Positions 37,925 through 49,885 of a DNA stretch of 64,000 nt are shown here, in pieces. Both the position numbers and the translations under genes were made by a program. Positions within the stretch are counted from its first letter, which is position 1. Every line of letters starts with the position of its first letter. The notes under the pieces were generated by a model that worked only from the letters and a program-made list of their open reading frames with translations, ran no database searches and was not told the origin of the DNA. Source of the stretch: Ruditapes philippinarum. Lineage: Eukaryota. Where the stretch lies: the NCBI RefSeq assembly GCF_026571515.1, contig NW_026854772.1:186001-250000 (forward strand). The letters run 5' to 3'.

Positions 37925-40323
37925 TGCAGGCGTCACACTGTCCCGAATTTGGCATCAGATGGACACACGAATAAGGAAATGTTCAAATTCGGATCTGATC
38001 GTAATAACATCGTGCCATTCGTGAGGGCATCTTTTGCCATCGTATGATCCCCGGCTGAATATTACAAGCTCCGGCAGCAACTTCGTGAGCGGTTCCAAAA
38101 TCTTTGGCATGCCAAAAAAATCGCCCGAAGACATTGCGGAGGTTCATTTTCGTGTTGAAATCGTATGTCAATTTTGCCCTTCGTAACGCCGTCGTGAAGA
38201 CATCGTGTCAAATCGTGTAGTCTTCGTCTTTTCTTCGTGTGATCATCGGTGCAATCTGGCATTTTTAGCCTCAAGAAGACAATACGAAGGTAACACGAAG
38301 ATTCCCGATTGTCTTTAGAAGGGTACACGACTACGTGAAGCCCCCGCAATACCGTCGTGTCGCCATCGTATTTTGGTACGATGTCATCGAGATGGGACCA
38401 CGATGAGGACGAAGAAGGCAATTTTTAGTGGCTCAAGCGTTGTTTATGTTCATGTTTATCATGGTGGACATATAAACGGCTAGACCATCTTCCTCATCTG
38501 TCACTCTTGCATATTTCTACAGAGACATCAAAAGCTTCCATTATTTGCAATTAATTTACAATCATTTTCAGTTTATTTCCTGCAGAATTACATGCTTTGA
38601 TGATGAGTCAACCGAGAAAAAGAAGGCAGCAGCATTACTACTTTAAAGACACCTTAGAAAACATGATGAGGCCCACAGGCCCACCTTGGGTGGCATGATA
38701 AAGTTTTATCAAATATGATAAACAAGATCAACAAGGAAAGGCAGCGTTCAATGAACGCAATTCCAACACGACCCAGCAACAAGAACCAAGTAACACAAGA
38801 GGACCCCATAAAAATCGGACAGGGCGCAAGGCAGAGCACGGATAGGCTTATCACTTAAATGATACATAAGACGAAATAATGGTAAACGACAAGAAAATCA
38901 AAGAAAACAAATAAATGATTGATTTATTAAATAAATAAAACTAGGGGTAAAAGGGAAAATACTTACCGTTGACGAGAAAACAACAAGGGACACCGACAAA
39001 AGTATCCTCAAAACAGTATGAAATAACAAAGACATACATCTGAGGAACAAAGAAGGGCGCCGCCTTGGACCGGTCAGCAGCATAAGTACTTCTTGGGAGT
39101 TTAAACCGGTTAATGGTGCACCAAGCCTCACGCTTAGCCCGCCATGTTCCTATAAACGAGACGGTGTAAAATAAAATGAATCCCCGCCAAGTAAATTTAT
39201 AACAGTTGTTATGGTTTCAAAAGGTAAAATAAGTAAAACACCGAAATGATCATGAAGATACATATAGAGGAATACCCATATGACCATAACAAAAGTACTC
39301 AATATTTTAAAGGAAGACAGAGTAACAAAAAATCACCTAAAAGGGCCAGACGAAGCAAGACAGAAGATGAACATTAAGGCAATTCAGTCCCGTCAGATGT
39401 AATCAAAAGAGGAAAGGACCATCTGTAAAAGTGTTGAACACTAAGCATGCGGTATATCTAAAAAAGTAGGGTCAAAACCTCTTTTGGTTAAACGTTTAAT
39501 AATTTTAGTAAAGGCAACAGAAAAATTACAATGACCAAAGATCTTGCGAAGTTTGTAAATAACATTTCCATTGAAATCATTTTTGAATTACTACTGAATT
39601 TTGAGATTAAATCAAAGTTACGATTGTAAAATATTTACGGAATTTATAATAGCGGTAGCCCTGTTTGAGAAGCTTGCTAGTAATGAAAATATTTTGCTTG
39701 TTAAAATCCTTCACGTTGCTAAAAGCTCTAGATAATCTAATTTTCTGAGATACATATACCCCGTCAGATGTTGCATGCGGTACGTGTCCATCAGAATGTG
39801 GATAGTTTACTATACCATAATCAAAGTCATCACTTTTATCATAGATTTTTGTTTGAATAGAAGCGTTTTTGATAGTAATATGAAGAGCCAAAATAAAGTT
39901 TAAACGTAGTTTAATTAGTTCCCAATACTATCTGCAACTGAAATTTGCCGTGGTTGGCCGTGGGTTGTATACCACTCGAAGGTGAAGGTCACTTGACGCC
40001 TTCGTAACCACGTACGAAGGCATCGTACTCAAAATACGACGTCGTGTACCTATCCTGTGACCTTCGCGTGTCCTGCTGGTAAACGTCTTGGTACAAAATT
40101 GCATCTTTGAGATGACATCGTGTGTGTATCGGATGCCATCGCGTGACCTTCGGTAGGAATCGTATGTGGCTCGGATGCGATCGCGTGACCTTCTGTAGGA
40201 ATCGTACTTGTTTCGGCTGTTGAGAGACTGTCGACCAATTTCGGGGCTATCTTCGCACGAAATTAAAAATTCCATATTCGTATGACCATCTGGTGTCAAT
40301 TTCGGGACAGTGTGACGCCTGCA
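37925..40323. mobile_element. PIF/Harbinger-type non-autonomous transposon, unit A only
   Basis: About 38-bp TIRs beginning TGCAGGCGTCACACTGTCCCGAA. TTA TSD at 37922-37924 and 40324-40326. The empty site ATCGC-TTA-TCGAAATC is at ~55906-55921. Confidence 0.92.
38655..39900 (-). mobile_element. Degenerate Penelope-like element fragment (RT C-terminus + 3' region) nested in the Harbinger element
   Basis: TKIYDKSDDFDYGIVNYP...GVYVSQ.IR..R...KLLKQGY, then (frameshifted) GNVIYKLRKI...TACLVFN. No GIY-YIG domain follows. Confidence 0.75.
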
Positions 40324-42609
40324 TTATCGAAATCATTATTTTTACATGTTCCTATTGTCATCCTGGACAAAAAATGGATTTAAACACTAAAGGGTACAAA
40401 GTTGAGAGTTTGAAGGCTGAAGCTTAAGATATAAAAGTTGCTCACTGGATCATTTTATAGATTACTCATATTTTGCCTCTTTTCACTTTGGCAATTGGAA
40501 TACATGTAATTGTTATAATTAAGTATTTTATATGGAAGTTGATAAACAATTTGTAAACATTTTCCTACCTTTACAAAATATTAATGCACGTTTATTGCCA
40601 TTATTGAACACATATCTAACTGTTTTTTTAAAGAATAACAAAATCTTGATCTCTGAGGTATTATGTGACACACAATGTGGTCATAGCCAAGCTCTTCATG
40701 TGATCAACGTCTAAAGACTATAGCATAACAATGTATGATACAAATGGAATATGATATTTTGAAGGCGTGGCTATCTTTAGTTGTCGATTGGACAATCACC
40801 GCAATATTTGCTTCATATTGAAAAACATTTCTAATTAAAAACTTAATAAAAAGAAAAAGACAATTTTTTTCTAAGCTTCACGCAAGCCATTATTTGATTT
40901 TGGTGTTGCTAAATAAATAAAGAAATAGTAATTATTTCGGTTTCTGTAATGTTCCAAAAAATTGTTGTTTAAATACCCAAAATAAGCACTAATTTAAGAA
41001 ATTGCTTAATTGATTGCTTCTAAATAAGAACATAAAGTGTCACCATCAAATATATACGCTCTTTATTAATGGTCATGACAATTTTTTTTCTCAATAAAAC
41101 GCTTTAATGAAACAATAAAAAGAAATCTTATTATTCTTCGCGAAATTAAAAGTGTCTCTTTTATTAAAAAAAAAAACAACTTCTTATATCCTTTTCATAA
41201 ACAATTCAAATAAAACATTTTTTAAATAATAAATAAAATACCTTCTATAACAACTGTATACAGTATTTGATGAGAAATACATATGATAATAGATTGCAGA
41301 GAAATAGGAACATAAAAGTCGCAAAAATTGTGGAAACTTTTTTAGTGTCGGTTTGAATAAGCCATTAATTAATAGGAGCGGCGAAATTCTGAATTCATAA
41401 TCAATTTGATAGCTTTTGACTTTTCTATAATAGTAAATTGACACTTGTGGTTCTAGTTCAGGGTGTGTGCGATCAAAAGTTCGATTCTTGGTCAAAGCAA
41501 CACATTTAACATTGGGTTGTTTTAGAAATGACATGTTATTTTCTCAAAGGAATTAGGCAAAGTATTCCACCTTAATGAATAGTTGTGTTTAACAAATATA
41601 GAAATGATATTTTTATAAGCTAGTCAGAAACTCTGGCCCAGCAAAATTCGGCATTAATTTCAGACTGTTATAGTCTCATTCTTGACAGTGAAACTGTTAT
41701 ATATTGCACAACTTGTTTATATATCTTTAAAGATGTTATTTAGGTGCCCTATAAATGGACACCGGTTTTAGGTGCTTGAACGGATGTGTCATTCTTGAAA
41801 CTGTGAAATATTTATCTTAGGCGCATGTGTTAATATGAGATGAAAATGTTTGTTAAAGTAATAAGCACTTTTTATTAAATTTTCAAGTCTCTTTGTGAAT
41901 TTGTTCCAAAATGAAAATTTCATACTATAACAATTTTTTTCTATAAATATACTATTGTGACTGAAATCTTGACAAAAAGCAATGAATATAAAGGATGTGA
42001 CACTAAAAAAAACAGATACAAACTGGGATGGCGAACTTTGCCTTTATTTGCATTATATTTGAAAACAAAAACCTTATATTATGTAAAAAGAATAAAGGTA
42101 TTTAAAAATGACTCCTTTTGGTGCACATAAGGGTTTGTATTCCTTAAATACAAGATAAAGGTCGTGCCCCCAAGCACTAGCTTAAAAAGAAGTCAACACT
42201 TTATAATGATGATGGTGATTACCAGAAATGCTCAATAACAGTCTTGATTTTACATTGTCTTCTCAATAATAATATAGTGTTTTCATTGTTTGCTCAATAA
42301 CAATCTTGTTTTTCAACTTTGATTTACAGAACACTAATGGAATATACGACTTAATATCTGGTGGTGATATATTATATCATTGTCGGTTAAATTGCAATAA
42401 TACTCTTAAATAAAAGAGAAAAAAGTAAAAGCGTTTAAGCGGTAATGAAATGTGTCTCATTAATGAAAAAAAATAAAATGAAAAACATTCAAAATTGGTG
42501 CCAAATGTCCTTGAATTTCTAGAATTTAACAAGCTTTTTATTCCAACCATTTCTTTGTTTCATTGACTTGATTATTGGAGTTGGCCAACCTCATAAGTGA
42601 AACTGTCGT

Positions 42610-42650
42610 TTTATTGGTTTGACGTCATATGCGGTCAGAATATAAAGTTC
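42610..42650 (+). promoter_or_regulatory. GPCR copy A promoter: inverted CCAAT, full CRE and TATA
   Basis: ATTGG at ~42613, TGACGTCA at 42620-42627 and TATAAA at 42641. All are conserved at ~58140-58175. Confidence 0.65.
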
Positions 42651-42730
42651 ACGACTGCCACCATTTTTCTATCACAGCGCTGTGACATTATCAAGCTTAA
42701 CAACTGGTAAAAAAGTTTCGAGGTGTGAAA

Positions 42731-43843
42731 ATGTTCATCAATACAACACCGATAACTAATATTACAACTGAAATAAATCCAGACAACCTGAGGACCTACA
42801 TGAACACAACTGAGGATAATCCATTACAAGGGAACAATAGTAACTTCTATGGTGGAAACGACACGAAAACACCTTGTAAAGTTTTCAACTCAACATCATA
42901 TGGAGACAGCAACGCTGGGACGTTCGAGGCAAAAATAATCGAAATACTCACATACTTTCCTATAACTATTTGGATAGGCTCATTGCCGAATATTCTTATC
43001 ATTTGCATTTTGATGAAAAAAAGAAATCGTAAATTTTCAACAGCGGTTTTCTTGATGTCACTTGCTGCTGCAGATTTGGCAAACGGATGTGCCACATTGA
43101 TGTACTGGCTGCAAGACAATCGCTTCATTGAGGAATCTTACTCTAAATTTGACTGTGTTTTAAGAAACTATATCGGGATAGTTTTTATAATGGTATCGAA
43201 CTGGTTATTGGCTGTTATTTCAGTTGAAAGATGTATCTGTGTGGTATATCCGTTTGATGTGAAGAAAATATGTTCAGTCACTGTATCAAAGATTGCAGTT
43301 ATAATGGTTTGGGCAGCAGCGTTTATCGTTGAGGCTATACTGTTCTGGTCAAATTTCAAAATCGAGTACAACACCGACATACAATACGATTATGAAGACT
43401 GCTTTGCAGAGGAATCTGACGATATGGCTCCCAAAGTGTGCAACGTTGACTTCATCAGTGAATGGCATGATCAATTTTACAGCATTATTCAACCAAGCGT
43501 AAACGTTTTTCTGCCATATTCTATAATAATGATTTTTTCATGTATCATTATCTATAACCTGAAGAAAGAAGAAATACAAAAAAGAAAAACGGCAACAGTT
43601 GTTAACGCGATTCTGACTTTGAATGTCATTTTCTTGGTAACAAACTTGCCAGAGATGGTGGTTGAATTTTTACGGCTTTCGGGTTATGCAGTCAATGAAG
43701 TTGTAGAAACGGTTGCTTTCAGGCTGCGAGAATTAAACTTTATTGCTAATTTCTTTGTTTATTTTCTTAGTGGCTCTAGGTATAAGACTGAAGTAAAAGA
43801 TCTTTTTGCACGGGCATGGGATAAAACCAACAATTTTGACTAG
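42731..43843 (+). CDS. Intronless class A (rhodopsin-like) orphan GPCR, copy A, peptide/FMRFamide-receptor-like
   Basis: Seven hydrophobic segments, N-glycosylation sequons in the N-terminus, LAAAD in TM2, Cys at the top of TM3, SVERC (DRY), LP in TM5 and TM6, and NFFVY (NPxxY variant) followed by SGSRYK. First ATG is at 42731; the ORF track starts at a GTG. Confidence 0.93.
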   Translation: MFINTTPITNITTEINPDNLRTYMNTTEDNPLQGNNSNFYGGNDTKTPCKVFNSTSYGDSNAGTFEAKIIEILTYFPITIWIGSLPNILIICILMKKRNRKFSTAVFLMSLAAADLANGCATLMYWLQDNRFIEESYSKFDCVLRNYIGIVFIMVSNWLLAVISVERCICVVYPFDVKKICSVTVSKIAVIMVWAAAFIVEAILFWSNFKIEYNTDIQYDYEDCFAEESDDMAPKVCNVDFISEWHDQFYSIIQPSVNVFLPYSIIMIFSCIIIYNLKKEEIQKRKTATVVNAILTLNVIFLVTNLPEMVVEFLRLSGYAVNEVVETVAFRLRELNFIANFFVYFLSGSRYKTEVKDLFARAWDKTNNFD

Positions 43844-45070
43844 ATCTACAGATTTATTATATTTTTATTTTCATTTTGTTTCACAAAGGACAACAATTTA
43901 TGGTTTAATTGTTAGTTATTTAAAAATTGTCATTTTGTTTTAACCATGTTTAAGATCTTAATTTTCTCTCTTTCTACAAAAGGCAATTACATCGTAATTT
44001 GACATTAGGCAATTCTAACAAGCAATCAAAATTTATTAAATCAATGTTTTAAACAAAAGCTTTTCGACTTTTGTTATATTTAAGACTTTATTTCATCTTA
44101 AAACTCTTTTTGCAAAAACTATGTTTTGCTGCCTTTTCATTATTGTAAGACATTTGGAAGATATTTGATATGTTTCTGTTCACCTGTGGCCGTGCTTGCG
44201 TTCGTGCTACTGTGTGTTGTGAGTGTGTGTATGTGTGGGCGAGAGATATTGTTGTTGTATTTGTTGTTAGTTTTCTTTTGGCATATATACGTTGTATTGT
44301 TGTGGTTGTTGTTGTTGGCTTGTTGCTTTTGTTTTATATATATGTATATCATAACTACACTGTACAAAGTCTTCTAGAATTAAGATAGTGTGAAGATGAA
44401 CAAAAAGATATCATCAATGTTTAAACATACCGATTATAGAATCAACATGTTTATTTCATGGTACGAAATAAAACGTTTTGTTAAGAAATACATGTATTTC
44501 AATTGTGACCGTGACCCTTTAATATATTTCTCAAAATGTTATTTCGATTATGAATGTATTAAATCCTGAAAAAAAGTTAAATAATGCAAGGAGGATTTTT
44601 CAAACTGCCAAAGTATATAATTTGAACTTTTTAAACATATGACAGCAAGACAAGACAACGTTCACTTAACGCGAATCTTGACATAATCTAGCAACATCGG
44701 CGAGCCATCAACAGGGCATGGAACCAAAATTGGGACAGGGCATAAGGGCGGAGAAAAGACAAGAGGGACATACCAATAACATTTACATTTTTAAATATTT
44801 ACATCATCAGTTTAAAAAACAGACTTATGTATTAACTGCCAATATTGCTTAAACTTAAATTGGTTAATTAGGGTTGTATTTATTTGTGGGTTCTATTTTT
44901 GTGTATTTTAATGTGTGATTTTTAATGTATGTTAGTAGTGAATTTTGTTTGAATACATTTTATGATGTTGTTCTAAGTTTAACGTAATCATATTGTTTAA
45001 ACTAACATCTACACTGACTTTGTAAGCTTACGCATATGAAAGTGTATGTTTTGAGGTTCTGTCTCTAATA

Positions 45071-45680
45071 TTAAAAGGATATATTTTCGTTTGAGTGAAA
45101 TATGGAATATATTTTCACAAAACATGATTAAATGCCACAAATATTTTCACGAGCCCGGACGGCTTGTGAAAATATGTTTCAATTTATCATGTTGAGTGAA
45201 AATATAGACCATATTTCACGAAAACCGAAAAAATAACCTTAAGTTTTTATTTAATTTCATTATCAAAGAAAAATGTTTACGAACCCCCTTGCTTGTTGCA
45301 ATTGTACAGCGCGCAGTAATATATTATTTATAGATGCGTCTTGTTGTGCACGCAATATTTGGCGCTACATTGTGACGTCACGAAAACAACTCTTTAACCT
45401 TCTGTACAGCATTAATAACTGAATTAAAGATATTGGTATTCGGATTTATTTTCTTAGTAAGACCATTTTCTATCATTCTAGATAGTTTTCAAAACAAAAT
45501 TTAACAAAAAGTTGTTTTGTATTTATCAGATTTTTCAAACAAAATGGCGAAAGAAGTACCTTAACATAAATATGAGTTTTGACTCCGCCCACTTTCATAT
45601 TTATATTTCATATTCATTTTTAAAAAATATGAAATATATTTGACTGATATAGCGCCATATTTTATGGATAAAATTAAATA
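45071..45680. mobile_element. Hairpin-bearing non-autonomous element, unit A only
   Basis: Absent at ~60410. Internal palindrome ATATTTTCACGAGCC..GGCTTGTGAAAATAT. A similar element sits in the copy 2 intron (~34950-35850). Confidence 0.55.
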
Positions 45681-47899
45681 ATCTCTCACATTATTTAAGT
45701 ATCAACTGAAGTGTATTTCAAAAGTACTTTTTTTCCTTTACGTTAACAAAATGTTTTATTCTTTATGCGTTTACCATTATAGATGTTGTCCATATTTTTA
45801 TGAATAAATTTGAAAGTAAATAAATTCGTTTCCTTTAATAAATGTTTCTGATAGTTCACATTTCTACGACCATTTAAAGTAAAGGGTATCATTAAATGAA
45901 CTCCTTTGAGGTCCTGAAAGCCTAAAATTAAAAATTTTCCATTTCTTTCATAGATCAGCTGTGGCAATAAAATAGACAAATGTGTTATAGATAATTGAGA
46001 AATATATATGGAATCAAATTGAAACTCGTATTTTAATTGAATTCTTAGTCCGATATGAGTCAAAAGCGTTGCAAGGCTTTTCTATTTCGGGATAATTCTC
46101 ACAAAAATAATCATTCTGGAAGAGCGAAGTGAGCGGATGATCTGAAATTTTGCACACATGTAATTGGTCTTTACCAACATCAAATGAAAGATTTATTTAA
46201 AAAAGTTAATTCCCACCATGTCAAAAACCCTCAGCGGAATTCCTTTAAGTAAACAATTTCACTTTTTTCAATTACTTACTTTAACCACCAAATTACTTAC
46301 AAGTATTTGTCATTAAAATTAATTATCTATAAGTCTATGAATATGGTGTAAAGATTATTAAACGAAATAGACATTTTAAAATCATTTAACATGGAAAGAA
46401 CATAATAAATCTGTCGGACTCTTACCCGTATTAAACACAAATTTGAAAACAAAGTTATTTCGTGTTTAGCTCATTTTGTTACATCTAATATATATAATAG
46501 AGCTATATTTGAACTAAATGTTTATAGAATCTCCATCTTACAAGATATTGGTACTTTCATTTTTTCGTTCAAAATGACTACTTGTGTTTATGTCAAAGAA
46601 CATTATTCTTCCATTTTTGTTTTTGCAAAAGTTTATTAATATTTGGAAAAAAAATATGTTTATACTGAGAATTTGATTTTACTTTTTCTTTTTATAAAAA
46701 ATATCAGTTAAATTCCTTACCAGGATGTGAACGTTTACATGTATGATTGACTTTAGTTCCATTATTCAAAACAGCGTCATCATTTAAATCTTAAATCCGA
46801 TCCATACCAGGATGGGAATGTTTACATTTATCATTGACTTAAGTTCTATTATTTAAAACAGCGTCATAAGTAATATCAGAAACCTGATTCTTAGCACGAT
46901 AGGGTCGAATTATATCTAGTTCCATCATTCAGTAACATATGTTTTATCGCATACTTAATGATAAGATGTAGCTTTCTAATATAGACAAGGTGTACATTTT
47001 AAGAGTGTCCCCACATAGGCAAGATTAAAAGACCACAATGTCTATTTCGCGGTTTGGGACTGAATTTGGAGAATGTCGAACTCCATTGTTGATCATTCTT
47101 TTCATTTTTTTATTTGAACAATTGAGCAACTATAGCGTTCACGTCCAAATACACTTGATTTATTCAAAGTAGAATTTTTAAGCCGTTATCCGTTCGGCCA
47201 CAACCGAATTTTCAAGTACATTTGGGACCGAAGTTGAACACCGACGATCTGTAATCTACATATCTTCCTCATATAAAAGAATCTAAATTCCCTTAAGAGA
47301 TATAAACCATCGGGGGTGAAGGGCAAGTGGTGTGAAATCAAGGACTTTACCATTCGGTTATACTAGAAATAAGAGAAAGAGATGAGAAAAGAAGGTTTAG
47401 GAAAAGAATGATTATAAATAGTAAATCTTGACAAAGAGGGATGAATGATGCTTCAATTTAAAAGCAAAAACGAAGGGGATAGATAGTTGAAAATTAAACA
47501 GCAGAAAGTTATGGAACAGATATTTACGAATGAAGATTTTTTGTTTGCAAAATAGAGTATTATGAAGAAGCGAATGGGGAGTAGACGATAGAAGAATCAA
47601 GAAAGGATTAAAACTAAGGAAAGATTTGTGGAAAACTCGAGTCAGAAATAATAAATCTTCCAACAAGGATAGAGGAAAAGAAAATAGAGATGGCTTATCT
47701 TATTCCCAAGGAAAAACTGAAAAAATGTCAAGTTAAAGATGAAATTAAAGTCTGTCATCCATTACAGAACATCGATAATTGTAAAGACACAATGAAGTTA
47801 TTTTTTTAGAGGAAATCGAACATTTAGTTAGAAAGAAAATAAATAGAAATAAAAAGAAACTGGTGCACATATAAATATACATTGTTCTAGATGGGTTAA

Positions 47900-48600
47900 G
47901 GAAAACAATATTGTAATCGCGTTCATCACTGATCACCAAACAAATTGTATTCCGACTTAGCTGAAGGCCATACATTTCAGGGACTCGGTGTTACATGCTC
48001 CATTGGTAACATCTAATTCTAATATGTGATTCATTTAAAGAAGAAATCGACTTGTTTGAAATCAGACCCCAACACATGCTTCTAGAAATTCTATAATGCC
48101 TTGCTTTATGACACTGTCTACCGGGCCCTGGATAGGAAAACGCCATTTGTACTTTTTGTATTGTGCAAATATGTTTCCAATAAGTCTTTCTGCCCAAATG
48201 GAAGCTATCTGCATCAGACTTCTCTTACTGAAGTTCAAATTGGATGCTTTGAATAGGGAAAACTGGAAGCTACAAAGAATGCCCATTAAAAACGACAAAA
48301 TTGATGCAAGTTCAAGCCTGCATCGAGAACAGTTGAACTACACCATACCATGCCAAGGGATATGCTTCCATAGCAGCTTATTGAATACACAACCGTTACC
48401 TCAAACGTTAGTCGTTCATTCGACCAATGCGCAAGTGAGTGCCCATGGAATAACAGAACGTTTTAACACGACGTTGCTCAAGATGTTTGCGACCAGTGAG
48501 GTAGTCAAATAGCTAAATGGGAAGCTCGTGTACCTACTTTCATGTCTATAGTGACAACCATCACGAAAGTACAGGGCTCCCTCTTTACATACTGATATTC
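47900..48600 (+). mobile_element. Decayed Gypsy-type pol (integrase) relic; second copy ~63400-64000
   Basis: GITERFNTTLLKMF resembles the integrase GxxERxNxTL motif. Many frameshifts. Confidence 0.6.
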
Positions 48601-48829
48601 AACTGATATCCCAAACAATGCAGGCGTCATAAACTCTGATATCCTTTAGAAATTTCACTTCATTTAATTTCAACCGTTGTTCTCTCGTTAGTGGTACATA
48701 CATTCTTTTACGTGAGGGAACATTAGCCGCTTTTATTGAATAACGCTAACATGTCACATAGAATGTTCCATGATAATCGCCATATGAACACAGCAGCGGA
48801 TGCTTCAGAATTCCAAATTTTAATATTTT

Positions 48830-49885
48830 CGTGTTTAAATGTTGGTTTTTACTAAAACAGGCGCTAGGGGGCGTAGACAGGTGTTTGCAGTATTCAGTTA
48901 CGTCCACAAACAGGCCCAATCACACCAAGCCTGTAATATTTTCAATTTTGTCGTTTTTGACGTTTTTAGAGATTCTCTGTTTACCCTATTTTGCCAATGA
49001 CGCTTTCTTACAAATATTTTGCCTGCTAGCAAACATTTCGAGGATATCAAATAGCTTCACAATCGATAACTTGTGTCAACGAATAAATAATGTCGATGAT
49101 ATTATTTATTTTATGAATTGTTCGTGCCAAAAACGATGCGGTCACGAATCAATTCGTCTTCCATGCCGCCGTATCTGCAATCTTTAGCACGGAGCCTGAG
49201 ACGAATTACGAATTTGTCGATCGAGTCCGGTCCTTGTGTTTCATTATTGAAATGGTACCTGGCAAATACAGGATTAAGTGTTGGTTGTACGTGCTCTTTG
49301 AATTCTTCATAATTGATGTTTAATTTTTTTTATCCTCTGCAGATAAGTTCCAAGCTTGTTGGATGTATCTCCCTTTCTCATCTACCCATATTAGGAAGTA
49401 CGCAATTTTTTCTCCTTCTTCTTTTCCTTTTAACGGTCCGTTGAAAATTAATTCTACATGCCTGTGGAATCTTTCCCATGTTTCAGGCAAATAAGAACTA
49501 TCCCAGTCCATTCTGGGCGGTGTAATTCCCGACATGTCCATGTTTATTAATTATCCACTTAAAATGCTAATAATAGTTATGAAATCCACAAAATTTCCGA
49601 CACAATGTTGTATCGTTGTAACTATATAATAAAGTCAAGTATAATAACAAAGTCCGATATACATAGTGTAGTATGTTTACCATACTGTTATCTTGGAACA
49701 GACTATAGCTAGTCTATACATGTAACCTGGCTGGAATTATCCGTCAGTCGTTGACCAGCTACACTTGTAGTAAGATCGCTTGATCATATCATTATATTAT
49801 TAGTCTCGTAAATAAACTGTATATATATGTATATCGGACTTTGTTATTATACTTGACTTTATTATATAGTTACAACGATACAACA
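48830..49885 (-). mobile_element. Gypsy LTR retrotransposon 5' relic: LTR, PBS and frameshifted gag
   Basis: TG...CA LTR at 49606-49885. PBS-like TTGTGTCGGAA resembles the tRNA-Leu TGGTGTCAG type. Gag reads MDWDSSYLPETWERF..VELIFNGPL..LIWV, then NPVFARYHF...ELIRDRIVFG after a frameshift. Confidence 0.8.

Larger units (their letters stand above)
30963..48600 (+). repeat. Segmental tandem duplication, unit A (Gly/Tyr gene + GPCR)
   Basis: Collinear with 51076-64000 from ACGCATTATTTTACTTGGGGA to ACAACCATCACGAAAGTACAG, apart from unit-specific indels. Confidence 0.93.

Noticed and set aside
37983-40299. ORFs in the Harbinger element arms
   Set aside because: No DDE or Myb-like motifs. This is GC-rich subterminal repeat sequence.
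44126-44388. Hydrophobic or Asn-rich ORFs downstream of the GPCR
   Set aside because: Low-complexity GT/TTG-rich DNA. The frames are not conserved in unit B.
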